Assembly: GCA_963722255.1 (NCBI GenBank)
Contig: CAVRJO010000001.1
Location: 841,775-905,774 of the forward strand
Direction of reading: 5' to 3'
Length of the DNA stretch: 64,000 bases
From: Candidatus Babeliales bacterium
GTDB lineage: Bacteria > Babelota > Babeliae > Babelales > JANWKD01
The translations under genes and the position numbers were made by a program. This document shows positions 50,074-60,593 of this stretch, in pieces. Within the stretch, counting starts at the first letter, position 1; each line of letters begins with the position of its first letter. The notes beneath the pieces are model-generated. The model was not told where the DNA came from and ran no database searches. It worked only from the letters and a program-made list of their open reading frames with translations.

Positions 50074-52638
50074 ATGACGTTAGAAAACTTTACCACATCA
50101 AGCCAAGAGCTTGTAGCGCAAGCAATTGAATTAGCAAGACAAAATAATAATCCATCGATAACACCGCTGCATTTTTTAGCTGTTGGATTGAATAATGAAT
50201 TTTGTAGATCTTTTTTTGAAGTTTTGCATATTAATCTCGTGCAATTGAAAGCAGTTGTTGATCAAGAATTGCAAAAATTACCTCAGGTTCAAGGAGCTCA
50301 GTTAGCAGTTGATTATTCAACTGAACGATTTTTTCAAGATTTAAAAAAAGAGGCCGATTCGTTGGGAGATCAGTATATTAGTCTTGAACATTTTTTACTG
50401 TGTTGGGCCACTAGTTCTTATCTTCCGCATTCAATTCAGGAATTTTTAAAACAAGCTCATTTCAATCGTTCTGCCATTCTTGCGCATATGCAGCAAGTAA
50501 GGAAGGGAAAAACTGTGAAAGAAAAAAATGCAGAAAAGCAGTATCAAATTCTAGAAAAATATTGCCAAAATATTACAGAGCAGGCCAAGAATGGATTACT
50601 TGATCCAGTTATTGGAAGACACGAAGAAATTCGCAGAGTCTTACAGATTCTATCACGAAGAACAAAAAATAATCCTGTTTTAGTTGGGGAACCTGGTGTT
50701 GGTAAAACCGCAATTGTTGAAGGAATCGCTCAACGTATTATAAATAATGATGTACCAGAAGGTTTACGTAATAAGCAGATTTTTGCGTTAGATATGGGAC
50801 TTTTGATTGCTGGAACTAAATTTCAAGGTGAATTTGAAGAGCGTCTTAAAGGTATTTTTAAAGAGATTGAAGAACGTCCTGATGATGTGATTTTATTTAT
50901 TGATGAATTGCATATGCTCATTGGTGCAGGCCTTCAGGTGGTGGTGGCATGGACGCATCAAATCTATTAAAACCAGCACTAGCTCGTGGCGAATTGCATT
51001 GTATTGGTGCAACGACCTTAAAGAATATAAAAAATATATTGAAAAAGATGCTGCATTGGAACGACGGTTCCAAAGGGTATTGGTTGAAGAGCCTTCAGTT
51101 GAAGATGCAATTTCAATTTTACGAGGCCTAAAAGAACGTTATGAACTGCATCATGGTATTCATATTAAAGATCAAGCATTGGTTGATGCAGTGATTTTAG
51201 CACATAGAAATATTGCAGATCGTTTTTTGCCCGATAAAGCAATTGATTTAGTTGATGAAGCTGCAGCAATGGTTAAAATGGGTATTGATTCACAACCAGA
51301 TGAGATTGATCAACTTGAGCGACGAATTAGTCAACTTGAGATTGAAAAGGTTGCTTTGCAAAAGGAGAAGGACGATGGTGTTTCAAAGCAACGTTTGGAA
51401 GCTTTAGAACTTGAGCTTAATGATCTTAAAGAAAAAAATACACTGTTGTTGAATCAATGGAAAGCTGAAAAAGAACCGCTTGAAAAAATAAATAAAATTA
51501 AAGAAAAAATTGAACTTGCTAATGTTGAATTTCAACAAGCTGAACGTGATGGTAATTATGCAAAAGCTTCTGAGATAAAATATGGGAAGCTTGTGAAGCT
51601 TGAGCATGAGCTTCACATTGCAACAAGAAAAACTAAAAAATTTATCATCGCATATGGTAAAACAGCTGGTTGATGAGCATGATATCGCGAAAGTTCTTTC
51701 CGTTGGACAGGGATTCCTGTTGAAAAATTGCAAGCATCTGAAACAGAAAAATTACTTTCCATGGCAGATATTTTGAAACAGCGTGTTATTGGCCAGGAGG
51801 AAGCTATTCAAGAGGTAACTCATGCAATTCAATTACATAGAGCCGGTCTTGTTGATCCTAATAAACCTATAGGGTCATTTTTATTTTTAGGCCCAACGGG
51901 TGTCGGAAAAACTGAAGTTGCCAAAACGTTAGCTGAATTTTTGTTTAATGATGTAAAAAAATTAATTCGAATTGATATGTCTGAATATATGGAAAAACAT
52001 TCAGTAGCACGTCTAATTGGGGCACCGCCGGGATATATTGGTTATGAAGAGGGCGGACAATTAACTGAAGCAAGTTACGACGAAATCCTTACAGCGTTGT
52101 GCTTTTTGATGAAATTGAAAAAGCACATCCTGATGTCTTTAATATTTTTTTACAGATACTTGATGAAGGTCATTTAACCGATAGCCAAGGCAGGACGGTA
52201 TCATTTAAAAATTGTGTAATAATTATGACTTCAAATATCGGATCAGAGCTTATCTTAGAAGCTGACGATATTAACGCTCAAGTACGTCAGGATATTGAAA
52301 AAATGTTGCATCAAAAGTTTCGCCCTGAGTTTTTAAACAGAATTGATGCGGTAGTTTTCTTTAGACGATTGACTCTTAATGATGTAGAAAAAATTGCACA
52401 ATTGCATCTTAATGAGCTAGAACAGCGTTTAGTTGAAAAGCAGATCAGCGTGAAGTTTGATAAAGAAGTGCTTAAAAAAATAAGTGAACTTGGTTATCAA
52501 AAAGAGTTTGGGGCTCGACCATTAAAACGAGCAATTCAACGGTATATCACGGTGCCGTTATCGCAATTTCTTTTAAGTCATCCTGATACAAAAAAAATAG
52601 ATATTGTTGTTAAGAATGATGCAATAGTTGTTGTATAA
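50074..52638 (+). pseudogene. clpB: Chaperone ClpB with about 5 frameshifts (probably sequencing errors)
   Basis: [40 protein letters not shown], middle-domain coiled coil, [31 protein letters not shown] across shifted frames. Confidence 0.95.
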
Positions 52639-52731
52639 CGCTTTATTGGCTATGCAAGTGATTTGTTTTTCTGTACACTCACCTGTGTTAATACTAATTT
52701 TCTTATTTGCATAAACAGAAGGATTTATACT

Positions 52732-53289
52732 ATGCAAAAAATTTCTGCGTACAGTTTAGCGTTATCAGTATGTCTCGCTTTTTCAGCTTCACTCTATAGT
52801 TCAACGGTTTGGAAATATGATTACACAACCATTGCAGGTCATATTGAAGATGAAATTGATAAACGATTTCAACCAGGCATACAGTCTGAAGCTATGAAAG
52901 TTGAGCTTGCTGCATTCAAGCGAGATAAAAAAACAGCTCTAGCGAGAGCCGTTGAAAAAGAGCATTATCAAAAGCCTTTTAGAACACAGCAAGAAGCAAA
53001 GGCATACGCAACGGAATTAGCTAAAGCTGCATCTAATGAATTTTTTGATAAAATTCTAGAACATAGGATTGCTATGAAAATGGCAAATTTGCCATCCAGA
53101 GCTGGAGTATTTAAAGATCAATTTATTGTGGTTGCAAGAACCTATGTACAAAATAAAGCTTTTCAAGAAGCAACTCAAACTGGTCGCTTAACACACACAT
53201 TAAAAAATGTTGAATACTTAATAACAGAAGCATTAAAAGCGAATTTCGAATGGACATGCGAAGTTTGCACTTGGTTGCGTAACCAATAA
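52732..53289 (+). CDS. Secreted helical protein, paralog of 49491-50051
   Basis: Signal peptide; IEDEIDKRFQP; ends WTCEVCTWLRNQ. Confidence 0.65.
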   Translation: MQKISAYSLALSVCLAFSASLYSSTVWKYDYTTIAGHIEDEIDKRFQPGIQSEAMKVELAAFKRDKKTALARAVEKEHYQKPFRTQQEAKAYATELAKAASNEFFDKILEHRIAMKMANLPSRAGVFKDQFIVVARTYVQNKAFQEATQTGRLTHTLKNVEYLITEALKANFEWTCEVCTWLRNQ

Positions 53290-53303
53290 GATATAAAAAA
53301 TAT

Positions 53304-53330
53304 GGTAGTAGTTTTAACGAAGCTGCTACC
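53304..53330 (+). terminator. Possible hairpin
   Basis: GGTAGTAGTTT...AAGCTGCTACC with G-U pairs. Confidence 0.35.
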
Positions 53331-53359
53331 TTACTAAATTTTTTCAAGAAACGAATTAT

Positions 53360-54832
53360 ATGAATTTCAAGTTATTCTTGTCCATCTCTTTATTCTATTC
53401 TGTTGCAATGTGTGCTATGGAGCAAAAAGCAAAACCTGAAATTGAGCCAACATCTCCACGTTTATGGGTCAATTCACTGAAAGATTTTAAAATTAATAAT
53501 GCAGAAGATAAATATTCTAAGTTTTTGGATGAAGTAATAAAAGTTATTAGTAAACAATTGCCACGTTCTCAATTGGAGCTTTATTCAACAATGATTGAAG
53601 CTGCAGTTGAAATAGAAGATGTTGAGTTAACAGATTCATTATGTGGCCATTTTAGTTCAGTTTATAGTGAGTATTTTCATGGTACTATTCATGAAGCTGA
53701 AACCTTCAGCACCGTTGTTAAACTAAGAAAAATAGTTGAGTTAAAAAAAACACGACATGGCGTTTTAAAATTATTGCATTTCAGTAGCACAGGAGCATTA
53801 CCGCCTTTGCAAGAAGATGTATCTAATCAGGTTTTGAAAACGGCAATTCCTCATAAGAATGATATTCATACATTAGAAAGCTATGAAGAGGTATGCCAAG
53901 AAAAAAATTTTGAAGAGATCTGGTGCGGGGATTGTAACGTATTTGGAACAATTTTTCCATCATTAGCAGTTAATTTTTTTGAAAGTAAAATTATAACGGC
54001 AACTTCTGATGGTTCTATTTTTGTTTATGATTGTAAAGGCAGGTTACTATCAGAAAGCAAAAAACGGGTTAAAAATAAAAAACCGGTTCTTTTATTAGAA
54101 GGTGAATTTACATCACATACTGCTATGTTGAAAGTAAAGCATTTGCGTTCAGGTCATTCTGTACTATATGCACCGAAAGATAAGCATATACACTGTTGTA
54201 TGCTTGGTAAGAATGTGCTTATAGCTGGCAATGTTAATGGCGAGCTTACCTCTGAAAGAATCTTGGAAGAAACTATAACAAGACACGAAGGGCATATTGG
54301 AGCAATTGCGGCTTTATATTCTTTAAGCAAGTCTAGATTCTTATCAGGCTCACATGATGGTTGTATAAAATTGTGGAGTGTAAGAAAAAAAGAATGTAAA
54401 AAAAGCATGAATGTGGGTGCTTCTGTTAATGATTTTACCAAATTTGATGATAATCTTTTGGTTTTATGTAATTACAATCAGATTAGAATGCTCAAAATTC
54501 ATAAACAAAAATCATTACTTCTTTACGAATCGGATGAAACTATTAAAACAATTATAGGGTTTGATGCTTTTTTGATTGCATGCTTAAAAAATGGAAGCTT
54601 ACGGCTTTGGCATCTTGAGAAAGGTTTTGGAAAAACAGTTCTTTTGCATTTAAATCCAGCAATATGCCTTTCTAGAGTGTCTCGCCATGTTAATGATCTT
54701 TTTTGCTTTTATAAGGATGGTATGATCATAAAATTTCCCTATTCATTTCTTTTAAAGGCTTTTACCCAAGCGATGTCTCATAATTTTGATTCGTTAAATA
54801 ATAAGGTTCCTATAATAAAGCTGGAAATATAA
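53360..54832 (+). CDS. Secreted WD40-repeat protein
   Basis: Signal peptide then MEQ; GHIGAIAAL...FLSGSHDGCIKLW; TATSDGSIFVYD; KNGSLRLWH. Confidence 0.8.
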   Translation: MNFKLFLSISLFYSVAMCAMEQKAKPEIEPTSPRLWVNSLKDFKINNAEDKYSKFLDEVIKVISKQLPRSQLELYSTMIEAAVEIEDVELTDSLCGHFSSVYSEYFHGTIHEAETFSTVVKLRKIVELKKTRHGVLKLLHFSSTGALPPLQEDVSNQVLKTAIPHKNDIHTLESYEEVCQEKNFEEIWCGDCNVFGTIFPSLAVNFFESKIITATSDGSIFVYDCKGRLLSESKKRVKNKKPVLLLEGEFTSHTAMLKVKHLRSGHSVLYAPKDKHIHCCMLGKNVLIAGNVNGELTSERILEETITRHEGHIGAIAALYSLSKSRFLSGSHDGCIKLWSVRKKECKKSMNVGASVNDFTKFDDNLLVLCNYNQIRMLKIHKQKSLLLYESDETIKTIIGFDAFLIACLKNGSLRLWHLEKGFGKTVLLHLNPAICLSRVSRHVNDLFCFYKDGMIIKFPYSFLLKAFTQAMSHNFDSLNNKVPIIKLEI

Positions 54833-54899
54833 AAGTATTAATGCTTTTTTTTCTAAAAAAGGATATAACTACTACAAGAGAAAATTTTTAGGAATTGCT

Positions 54900-55646
54900 A
54901 TGCGGAAAAACTATTATTATATCGCAAATTGGAAAATGTACTTTTCATATGCACAAGCATTAGCTTGGTGTAATGAGAATAATGATCAATTAATGCAATT
55001 GGCAAACAATAATAGAATTATACTGTGCCCGTCGTATGATTCTCTTGCTACCGTGCGCCATGAGATTTCCGGTATGTCTCTATCTTTGGGTGCACAAAAT
55101 TGTTCTGAACATTTACGTGGTGCTTATACTGGACAAATATCGGCACAGTCGCTTAAAGAAATAGGTGTTTCTCACTGTATTATTGGCCATAGTGAAACAC
55201 GGACGTATTATGGAGATTCTAATAAATCGTTATTACAGAAATTAAAACGGTTGATTGAACAGGAGATTATTCCTATTTTTTGCATAGGGGAATCATTGGC
55301 AGAATATAAAGATAATGGTACTCAAGCTTGTATTCAAAGACAATTGGAGCCAATTATTGATATATATGGCAATGACGCCATTTCTATGCCTTGTTTTATT
55401 GCTTATGAACCTATATGGGCAATAGGGACCGGAGTTGTAGCACAAAGTGGACATATTAGGCAAGTGCTTGCTATAGTAAGGGATAGAATAAAAGTTTGTA
55501 AAAGCTTTGACCGGTTTCTTTATATCTATGGTGGAACGGTTACAAGCCAAACAGTTAGTGAATTAAAACAAATAGAATTTTTGGATGGATTTTTGATTGG
55601 AAATGCAAGTACCAATTTTCAAGAACTAAAAAAAATTGTATTATAA
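54900..55646 (+). CDS. tpiA: Triosephosphate isomerase
   Basis: ANWKM, GAQN, GAYTG, GHSETR, AYEPIWAIGTG, YGGTV. Confidence 0.96.
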   Translation: MRKNYYYIANWKMYFSYAQALAWCNENNDQLMQLANNNRIILCPSYDSLATVRHEISGMSLSLGAQNCSEHLRGAYTGQISAQSLKEIGVSHCIIGHSETRTYYGDSNKSLLQKLKRLIEQEIIPIFCIGESLAEYKDNGTQACIQRQLEPIIDIYGNDAISMPCFIAYEPIWAIGTGVVAQSGHIRQVLAIVRDRIKVCKSFDRFLYIYGGTVTSQTVSELKQIEFLDGFLIGNASTNFQELKKIVL

Positions 55647-55685
55647 AGAAATCGAATTGATAGTCTTTTTTGCTGGAGTGAAAAA

Positions 55686-56009
55686 ATGTTATTTGGATTA
55701 TTGTTAACGCTGTATATTTTTGTGTGCTTTTTGCTAGTTTTATTAGTTTTAGTGCAAAAAGGTAAAAGCAGTATGGGAATTGGTAATTTAGGCGGCGGCG
55801 TTCAAATGCTTTTTGGCGGTTCAGGTGGCCAGGATATTTTTCAAAAATCTACCTGGGTGCTTGGAGCAATTTTTATGGCAAGTTCTCTTGCATTGTCTTT
55901 ATTAAAAACGCATTCCCTACAGCAATCGAAATATTTGCAAAAACCACGCGCAGCAATAACTGTTCCTCAAAATAATGCGCAGCCAATGCCAGAGCAAACT
56001 CCGCAATAA
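55686..56009 (+). CDS. secG: Preprotein translocase subunit SecG
   Basis: Two TMs with LVQKGKSSMG..GGG..LFG linker; follows tpiA. Confidence 0.92.
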   Translation: MLFGLLLTLYIFVCFLLVLLVLVQKGKSSMGIGNLGGGVQMLFGGSGGQDIFQKSTWVLGAIFMASSLALSLLKTHSLQQSKYLQKPRAAITVPQNNAQPMPEQTPQ

Positions 56010-56038
56010 CATGATATGCTCGCATTAAAAGGGGAGCT

Positions 56039-56812
56039 ATGTTTGAAAATTTTTTAAATTCCATTGGTGCATCGACCTTATCTCTTTGCTCGATGCTTGG
56101 TTCCTTTACTCTTTTCTTGCTTGAGACCATTAGGACAGCATGTATAACGCGACTTAAACTTAGGAAATTTTTTGAACAAACAGAAGAAATTGGGTTTAAT
56201 TCTTTAGTTATAGTAATTTTAACAGGAACTTTTGCAGGTGCCGTTTTAGCGCTGCAAACGTATATTGGTGTTCGTCGTTATGGAGGAGAAGAGTTTGTTG
56301 GTCCTATTGTTGCCCTGAGTATGACTCGAGAGTTGGGACCGGTTATTACCGGCTTAATGGTTACAGGAAGATCAGGCTCGGCAATAGCCGCCGAAATTGG
56401 AACAATGCGCATTACAGAACAAATCGATGCATTAAAAACTGTTTGTATTAATCCTTTGCAATATCTGGTCATTCCCCGCATTTTAGCCGGAACTCTTGTT
56501 ATGCCGCTTTTAACCGTTTTTTCAATGATGTGCGGTATTGTTGGTGGTTATTTCATTGCGACGTCGGTGTTGGGATTGAATGGGAATCAATATATCAATG
56601 GCATAAAAAAATATCTTGAATATTCTGATATTACCAGCGGGCTTATTAAGTCGGCGGTTTTTGGATTTATTTTGACCTGGGTAGGTTCTTTTAAAGGATT
56701 TTATGCATCAGGCGGTGCACGTGGTGTTGGTCTTGCAACAACGCAAAGTGTTGTAATGGGATCTATTTTATTATTACTGGCAAACTATTTTCTCACAGCG
56801 ATGCTGTTTTAA
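56039..56812 (+). CDS. mlaE: MlaE-family ABC permease
   Basis: RELGPVITGLMVTGRSGSAIAAEIGTMRITEQIDAL; GGARGVG.ATTQSVV. Confidence 0.93.
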   Translation: MFENFLNSIGASTLSLCSMLGSFTLFLLETIRTACITRLKLRKFFEQTEEIGFNSLVIVILTGTFAGAVLALQTYIGVRRYGGEEFVGPIVALSMTRELGPVITGLMVTGRSGSAIAAEIGTMRITEQIDALKTVCINPLQYLVIPRILAGTLVMPLLTVFSMMCGIVGGYFIATSVLGLNGNQYINGIKKYLEYSDITSGLIKSAVFGFILTWVGSFKGFYASGGARGVGLATTQSVVMGSILLLLANYFLTAMLF

Positions 56813-56828
56813 CGATTATGAGAACTAT

Positions 56829-57602
56829 ATGATTCAGATCATTAATTTACGAAAACAGTTTGATCATAGATGGGTCACCGATGGTGTTAATCTCGAAATT
56901 CCTGATGGAAAAATGACCGTTATTGTTGGTAGATCCGGAGAAGGTAAATCGGTACTCTTAAAACAGATAATTGGATTAATTCAACCAACGTCAGGGCAAA
57001 TACTTCTTGATGGTGTTGACATTATTTCAGTAGCTCAAAAAAATCCTGATGAAATTTTTAAACAGTTTGGGTATGTTTTTCAGTTTGCTGCCCTTTTGGA
57101 TTCATTAAATGTTTTTGAAAACGTTGGTATATCATTACTTGAAAAAGGGATGGTGCCTTCTGAGGTGCTGCCTTTGGTTGCTGAGCGCTTAAGAATGGTT
57201 AATTTAAAAGAAGAGATTTTATATCGATATCCTTCTGAGCTTTCTGGTGGTATGAGAAAACGTGTCGGATTGGCGCGTACGCTGTTAAGTTATCCCAAAA
57301 TAATTTTATATGATGAGCCAACAACGGGCCTTGATCCGATTACTTCACGAGTTATTCATGAGCTTATGTTTCAGATGCAAAAACAGTTACAAATTACCTC
57401 GGTTGTTATTTCACATGATGTAGAGATCTTTAAATATGCTGATAATGTCGCATTACTTAATGAAGGTAAAATTCGATACTTTGGTGATGCTAAAACTATT
57501 TGGGAATCTGATAATCCGTATATTTTCCAATTTATTCGAGGTCTTACAGAAGGGCCTATTCAAACCGAGCCACAACAAGCTACGTTAAGCCATTCAGAAT
57601 AA
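56829..57602 (+). CDS. mlaF: MlaF-family ABC ATPase
   Basis: GRSGEGKS, PSELSGGMRKRVGLAR, YDEPTTGLDP. Confidence 0.9.
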   Translation: MIQIINLRKQFDHRWVTDGVNLEIPDGKMTVIVGRSGEGKSVLLKQIIGLIQPTSGQILLDGVDIISVAQKNPDEIFKQFGYVFQFAALLDSLNVFENVGISLLEKGMVPSEVLPLVAERLRMVNLKEEILYRYPSELSGGMRKRVGLARTLLSYPKIILYDEPTTGLDPITSRVIHELMFQMQKQLQITSVVISHDVEIFKYADNVALLNEGKIRYFGDAKTIWESDNPYIFQFIRGLTEGPIQTEPQQATLSHSE

Positions 57603-58049
57603 TCTGTTTTTAATTCTGGTATAAAGACCTACAACTTTATATTCGCCATTTTGGTTTTCTTGAATAGTTGAGAAGGTATTATGTAACGTTTTACCAAGTA
57701 AAGCTGTTGATAATGTTCCAAAAAAGATCAAAGCAGGAATTTTACAGAAATATAAGAGAGAGCCTTTTTTTGCTTCTTCTAAAAATAAACCATAGGTAAT
57801 CGTTGAAGAAAAAAATCCAAAAATTCCGTAAAATAGAGCCCCTTCTTTTTTTCCATTCATTTCTATTTCTGCAAGCGCTTGAGCATGTTTACGATTTTGA
57901 TTAGTTGCTAGTTGCTGTCTATAGCCAATTTCTTCTTTTATGCAAGCTAACTCTGCGGGGGTTCCATCTACATCATTATTCATTCCTTGCAATAGATTGT
58001 ACCAAGATATAAGAGCTAATAAGCCTGCTAAAATAGTTATTTTTTTCAT
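57594..58049 (-). CDS. Secreted protein with two-TM hairpin
   Basis: Signal peptide then MNN; bilobed hydrophobic region. Confidence 0.68.
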   Translation of the reverse strand: MKKITILAGLLALISWYNLLQGMNNDVDGTPAELACIKEEIGYRQQLATNQNRKHAQALAEIEMNGKKEGALFYGIFGFFSSTITYGLFLEEAKKGSLLYFCKIPALIFFGTLSTALLGKTLHNTFSTIQENQNGEYKVVGLYTRIKNRLF

Positions 58050-58051
58050 AA

Positions 58052-58450
58052 TCATCCTTTTTTAAAATAATTATAAAATCTAGGGAAGCCATAAATAAGG
58101 GTTTGTGGGTCATTTTGATGAGTTGTTTTTACAGAGAATAAATTATTTATACCAGCACCAACCAAAAGGGTTGTTATAGTTATTCCTGATACAATAAATG
58201 AAGCATTAGGATTTATTTTGTTTGAGTAGTATGTTATGAATCCGACTCCTATGCTTAGAGTAAGATATTGAAGCCCATGCATTTTACGTCTAAATAGTTC
58301 TTTTTTTTGTCTTTGTTCTTCATCAGATGCTCGATCACGAGCAATATCGCTACGAATTTTAGCACTGAATGTCGCTTCAGTGTTGTTCATGCCATACAAT
58401 TGTGAAGCAATAGGAACTAATAAACCAAATAATAATCCAAATTTTTTCAA
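58052..58450 (-). CDS. Secreted protein with two-TM hairpin, probable paralog of 57594-58049
   Basis: TTG start after AGGAG; signal peptide then MNN; same architecture. Confidence 0.68.
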   Translation of the reverse strand: MKKFGLLFGLLVPIASQLYGMNNTEATFSAKIRSDIARDRASDEEQRQKKELFRRKMHGLQYLTLSIGVGFITYYSNKINPNASFIVSGITITTLLVGAGINNLFSVKTTHQNDPQTLIYGFPRFYNYFKKG

Positions 58451-58628
58451 GGGAATCTCCTTAAATAGTAACTTATTTTATTTAAAATATCGCATAATAA
58501 TTCTTATTTGTCAATAAACATTTTATAAAAAGATAGCTGTTTTGTTAGGTTTTTGCCAATTTTTACTCTTTTTGGTACACTATATTTTTATATGGGGTGT
58601 TGAAATAAACAGTATTTTGGAAGTTCTG

Positions 58629-59321
58629 ATGAAAAAGATCTATTTTGTTACTTTTCTTATATTTTTAATAGATAATTCAAAGAGTTGCTTTTCAAGCCCT
58701 TTAAAAGTGGTAGCTTTCGATTGCCATGGGGTGGTCTTTAAGAGTTTGCCCTGGAATGTTCATAAAGAGATAGGTCGTTTCATGTGGAATCATTATGAAG
58801 CTCTCCCTCTTGGGCTTTATCTTGCGCCTCAAATTCTTTATTTTTGCCTTTCTGAAAGCTTAATTACTGTAGAAGGCCTTCTGAAAAAATTTCCTGTGTT
58901 AGAAAAATATCGTGATGAAATATATGGTTTTGTAAAATTGCAAGGTCTTAATGAGGATGTTGTTGCTCTAATAAAAAAATTAAGAGAGCAAGGTGTTATT
59001 ATTGTTTTAGCTTCAAATATTCATGTAGATGCGCTTGTGTATAATAAAAAGCTCATGCCAGAGATCTTTGAACTTTTTGATATTCTCTATACCTGTGCTG
59101 AAAGTAATGGAAATTATAAATCTGAAAAAAACTATTTTGAGCATTTGTATACCTATCTTAGTACCCAGCTTGAAGAGCATAATCTATGTATTGCTTATAT
59201 TGATGATGATTATAGCGCAATAAAAAGCCTTGAGATGATTCAACGTCCAATTCAAGGATTTCATTTTACAACATCGCAAAAGCTCGAAAATGCTTTGCAT
59301 GAATTTGTTTATTTACTGTAG
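58629..59321 (+). CDS. HAD-superfamily hydrolase with signal-like N-terminus
   Basis: VVAFDCHGVV (motif I variant), LASN, K, YIDDD, GFHF. Confidence 0.75.
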   Translation: MKKIYFVTFLIFLIDNSKSCFSSPLKVVAFDCHGVVFKSLPWNVHKEIGRFMWNHYEALPLGLYLAPQILYFCLSESLITVEGLLKKFPVLEKYRDEIYGFVKLQGLNEDVVALIKKLREQGVIIVLASNIHVDALVYNKKLMPEIFELFDILYTCAESNGNYKSEKNYFEHLYTYLSTQLEEHNLCIAYIDDDYSAIKSLEMIQRPIQGFHFTTSQKLENALHEFVYLL

Positions 59322-59415
59322 ATTATAATGAACCCCAGAAACTTGACACGATAAAATTAAAAATGTGTTAGTTTTTAATGAACATGAAAGTGAACATTAT
59401 TATCGGGGAATTTTT

Positions 59416-59691
59416 ATGGCAAGAAGATATAAAAAACATAGTAGTTCATTCAAAGCAAAAGTAGCTATAGATGCTATTAGAGAACAAAAAACTTTAAACG
59501 AACTAAGTCAGGAACATAGCATTGCTCCTGCACAAATCTCTATCTGGAAAAGACATGCTGAAGAAAATATGAGCAACCTTTTTGAGGGGAAACAAGAAAA
59601 GGACCAACAAGAGGAAATTGATAGGCTTTATCGAGTAATTGGTCAAATAACGGCAGAGCGTGATTTTTTAGAACGCTCGCTCAATCGATAG
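59416..59691 (+). CDS. IS3 transposase OrfA (HTH)
   Basis: FKAKVAIDA...QISIWK...LYRVIGQIT.ERDFL. Confidence 0.9.
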   Translation: MARRYKKHSSSFKAKVAIDAIREQKTLNELSQEHSIAPAQISIWKRHAEENMSNLFEGKQEKDQQEEIDRLYRVIGQITAERDFLERSLNR

Positions 59692-59711
59692 ATTTAAAGC
59701 AGCGTAAGGAA

Positions 59712-60593
59712 ATGGTTGAGTGTGTAAATGAAGCAATAGACTTTAAAAGAAAATGTGAACTTTTAGATGTATCGAGAGGATCGATGTATTACAAGCCTAA
59801 ACCTCAAAAAAATAATGATGCAATTATTATGAATGAGCTACGTGAAATTTATCAAGAAACGCCTTCCTATGGCTATCGGCGCATGACAGTAGCTTTAAGA
59901 GAAAATGGTTTTTTGGTTAATCATAAAAAAGTTTTTATGTTGCTTAAGATAGCGGGCATCCAGGCCATTTACCCTCGCAAAAAAACAACCATACGAAATC
60001 AGGGGCACAAAGTATTTCCTTATTTATTGCGTGGGTTGCTTATTAATCGACCAAATCAGGTTTGGCAAGTAGATATAACCTATATAAAAATACGGGGTGG
60101 TTTTGTATATTTGGTTTGCTTAATTGATGTTTTTAGTCGAAAAATCATGGGATGGAAATTGTCAATTTCTCTTGATACAGCGTTATGCATAGAGGCGTTC
60201 AATAGTGCTTTGCAACATGGTATTCCAGAAATTGTTAATAGCGACCAAGGATGTCAATTTACCAGTGCTCTGTGGGTTGAATTAGTGCAACAATATGGAA
60301 TTCAAATAAGTATGGATGGTAAAGGAAGATGGGCAGATAATGTTTATATTGAGAGGCTTTGGCGTACGATAAAATATGAGATGATACATTTGCATAGCTT
60401 TGATACAGTTCAACAGGTAAGAGATGCGCTTGCAAGTTACATTGTTTTTTATAATACACGACGTTATCATTCAAAGCTTAATTATCACGCACCAGACTCT
60501 ATTTTCGCAAAAAAAATTATTCCATCTAAAAAAGAATTATTCGAAAGTTTTATAGCTTCACAAATTTATAAACTTGGAGCCGCTATGATTTAA
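59712..60593 (+). CDS. IS3 transposase OrfB (DDE)
   Basis: YGYRRM, WQVDITYI, NSDQGCQFTS, DNVYIERLWRTIKYE. Confidence 0.93.
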   Translation: MVECVNEAIDFKRKCELLDVSRGSMYYKPKPQKNNDAIIMNELREIYQETPSYGYRRMTVALRENGFLVNHKKVFMLLKIAGIQAIYPRKKTTIRNQGHKVFPYLLRGLLINRPNQVWQVDITYIKIRGGFVYLVCLIDVFSRKIMGWKLSISLDTALCIEAFNSALQHGIPEIVNSDQGCQFTSALWVELVQQYGIQISMDGKGRWADNVYIERLWRTIKYEMIHLHSFDTVQQVRDALASYIVFYNTRRYHSKLNYHAPDSIFAKKIIPSKKELFESFIASQIYKLGAAMI

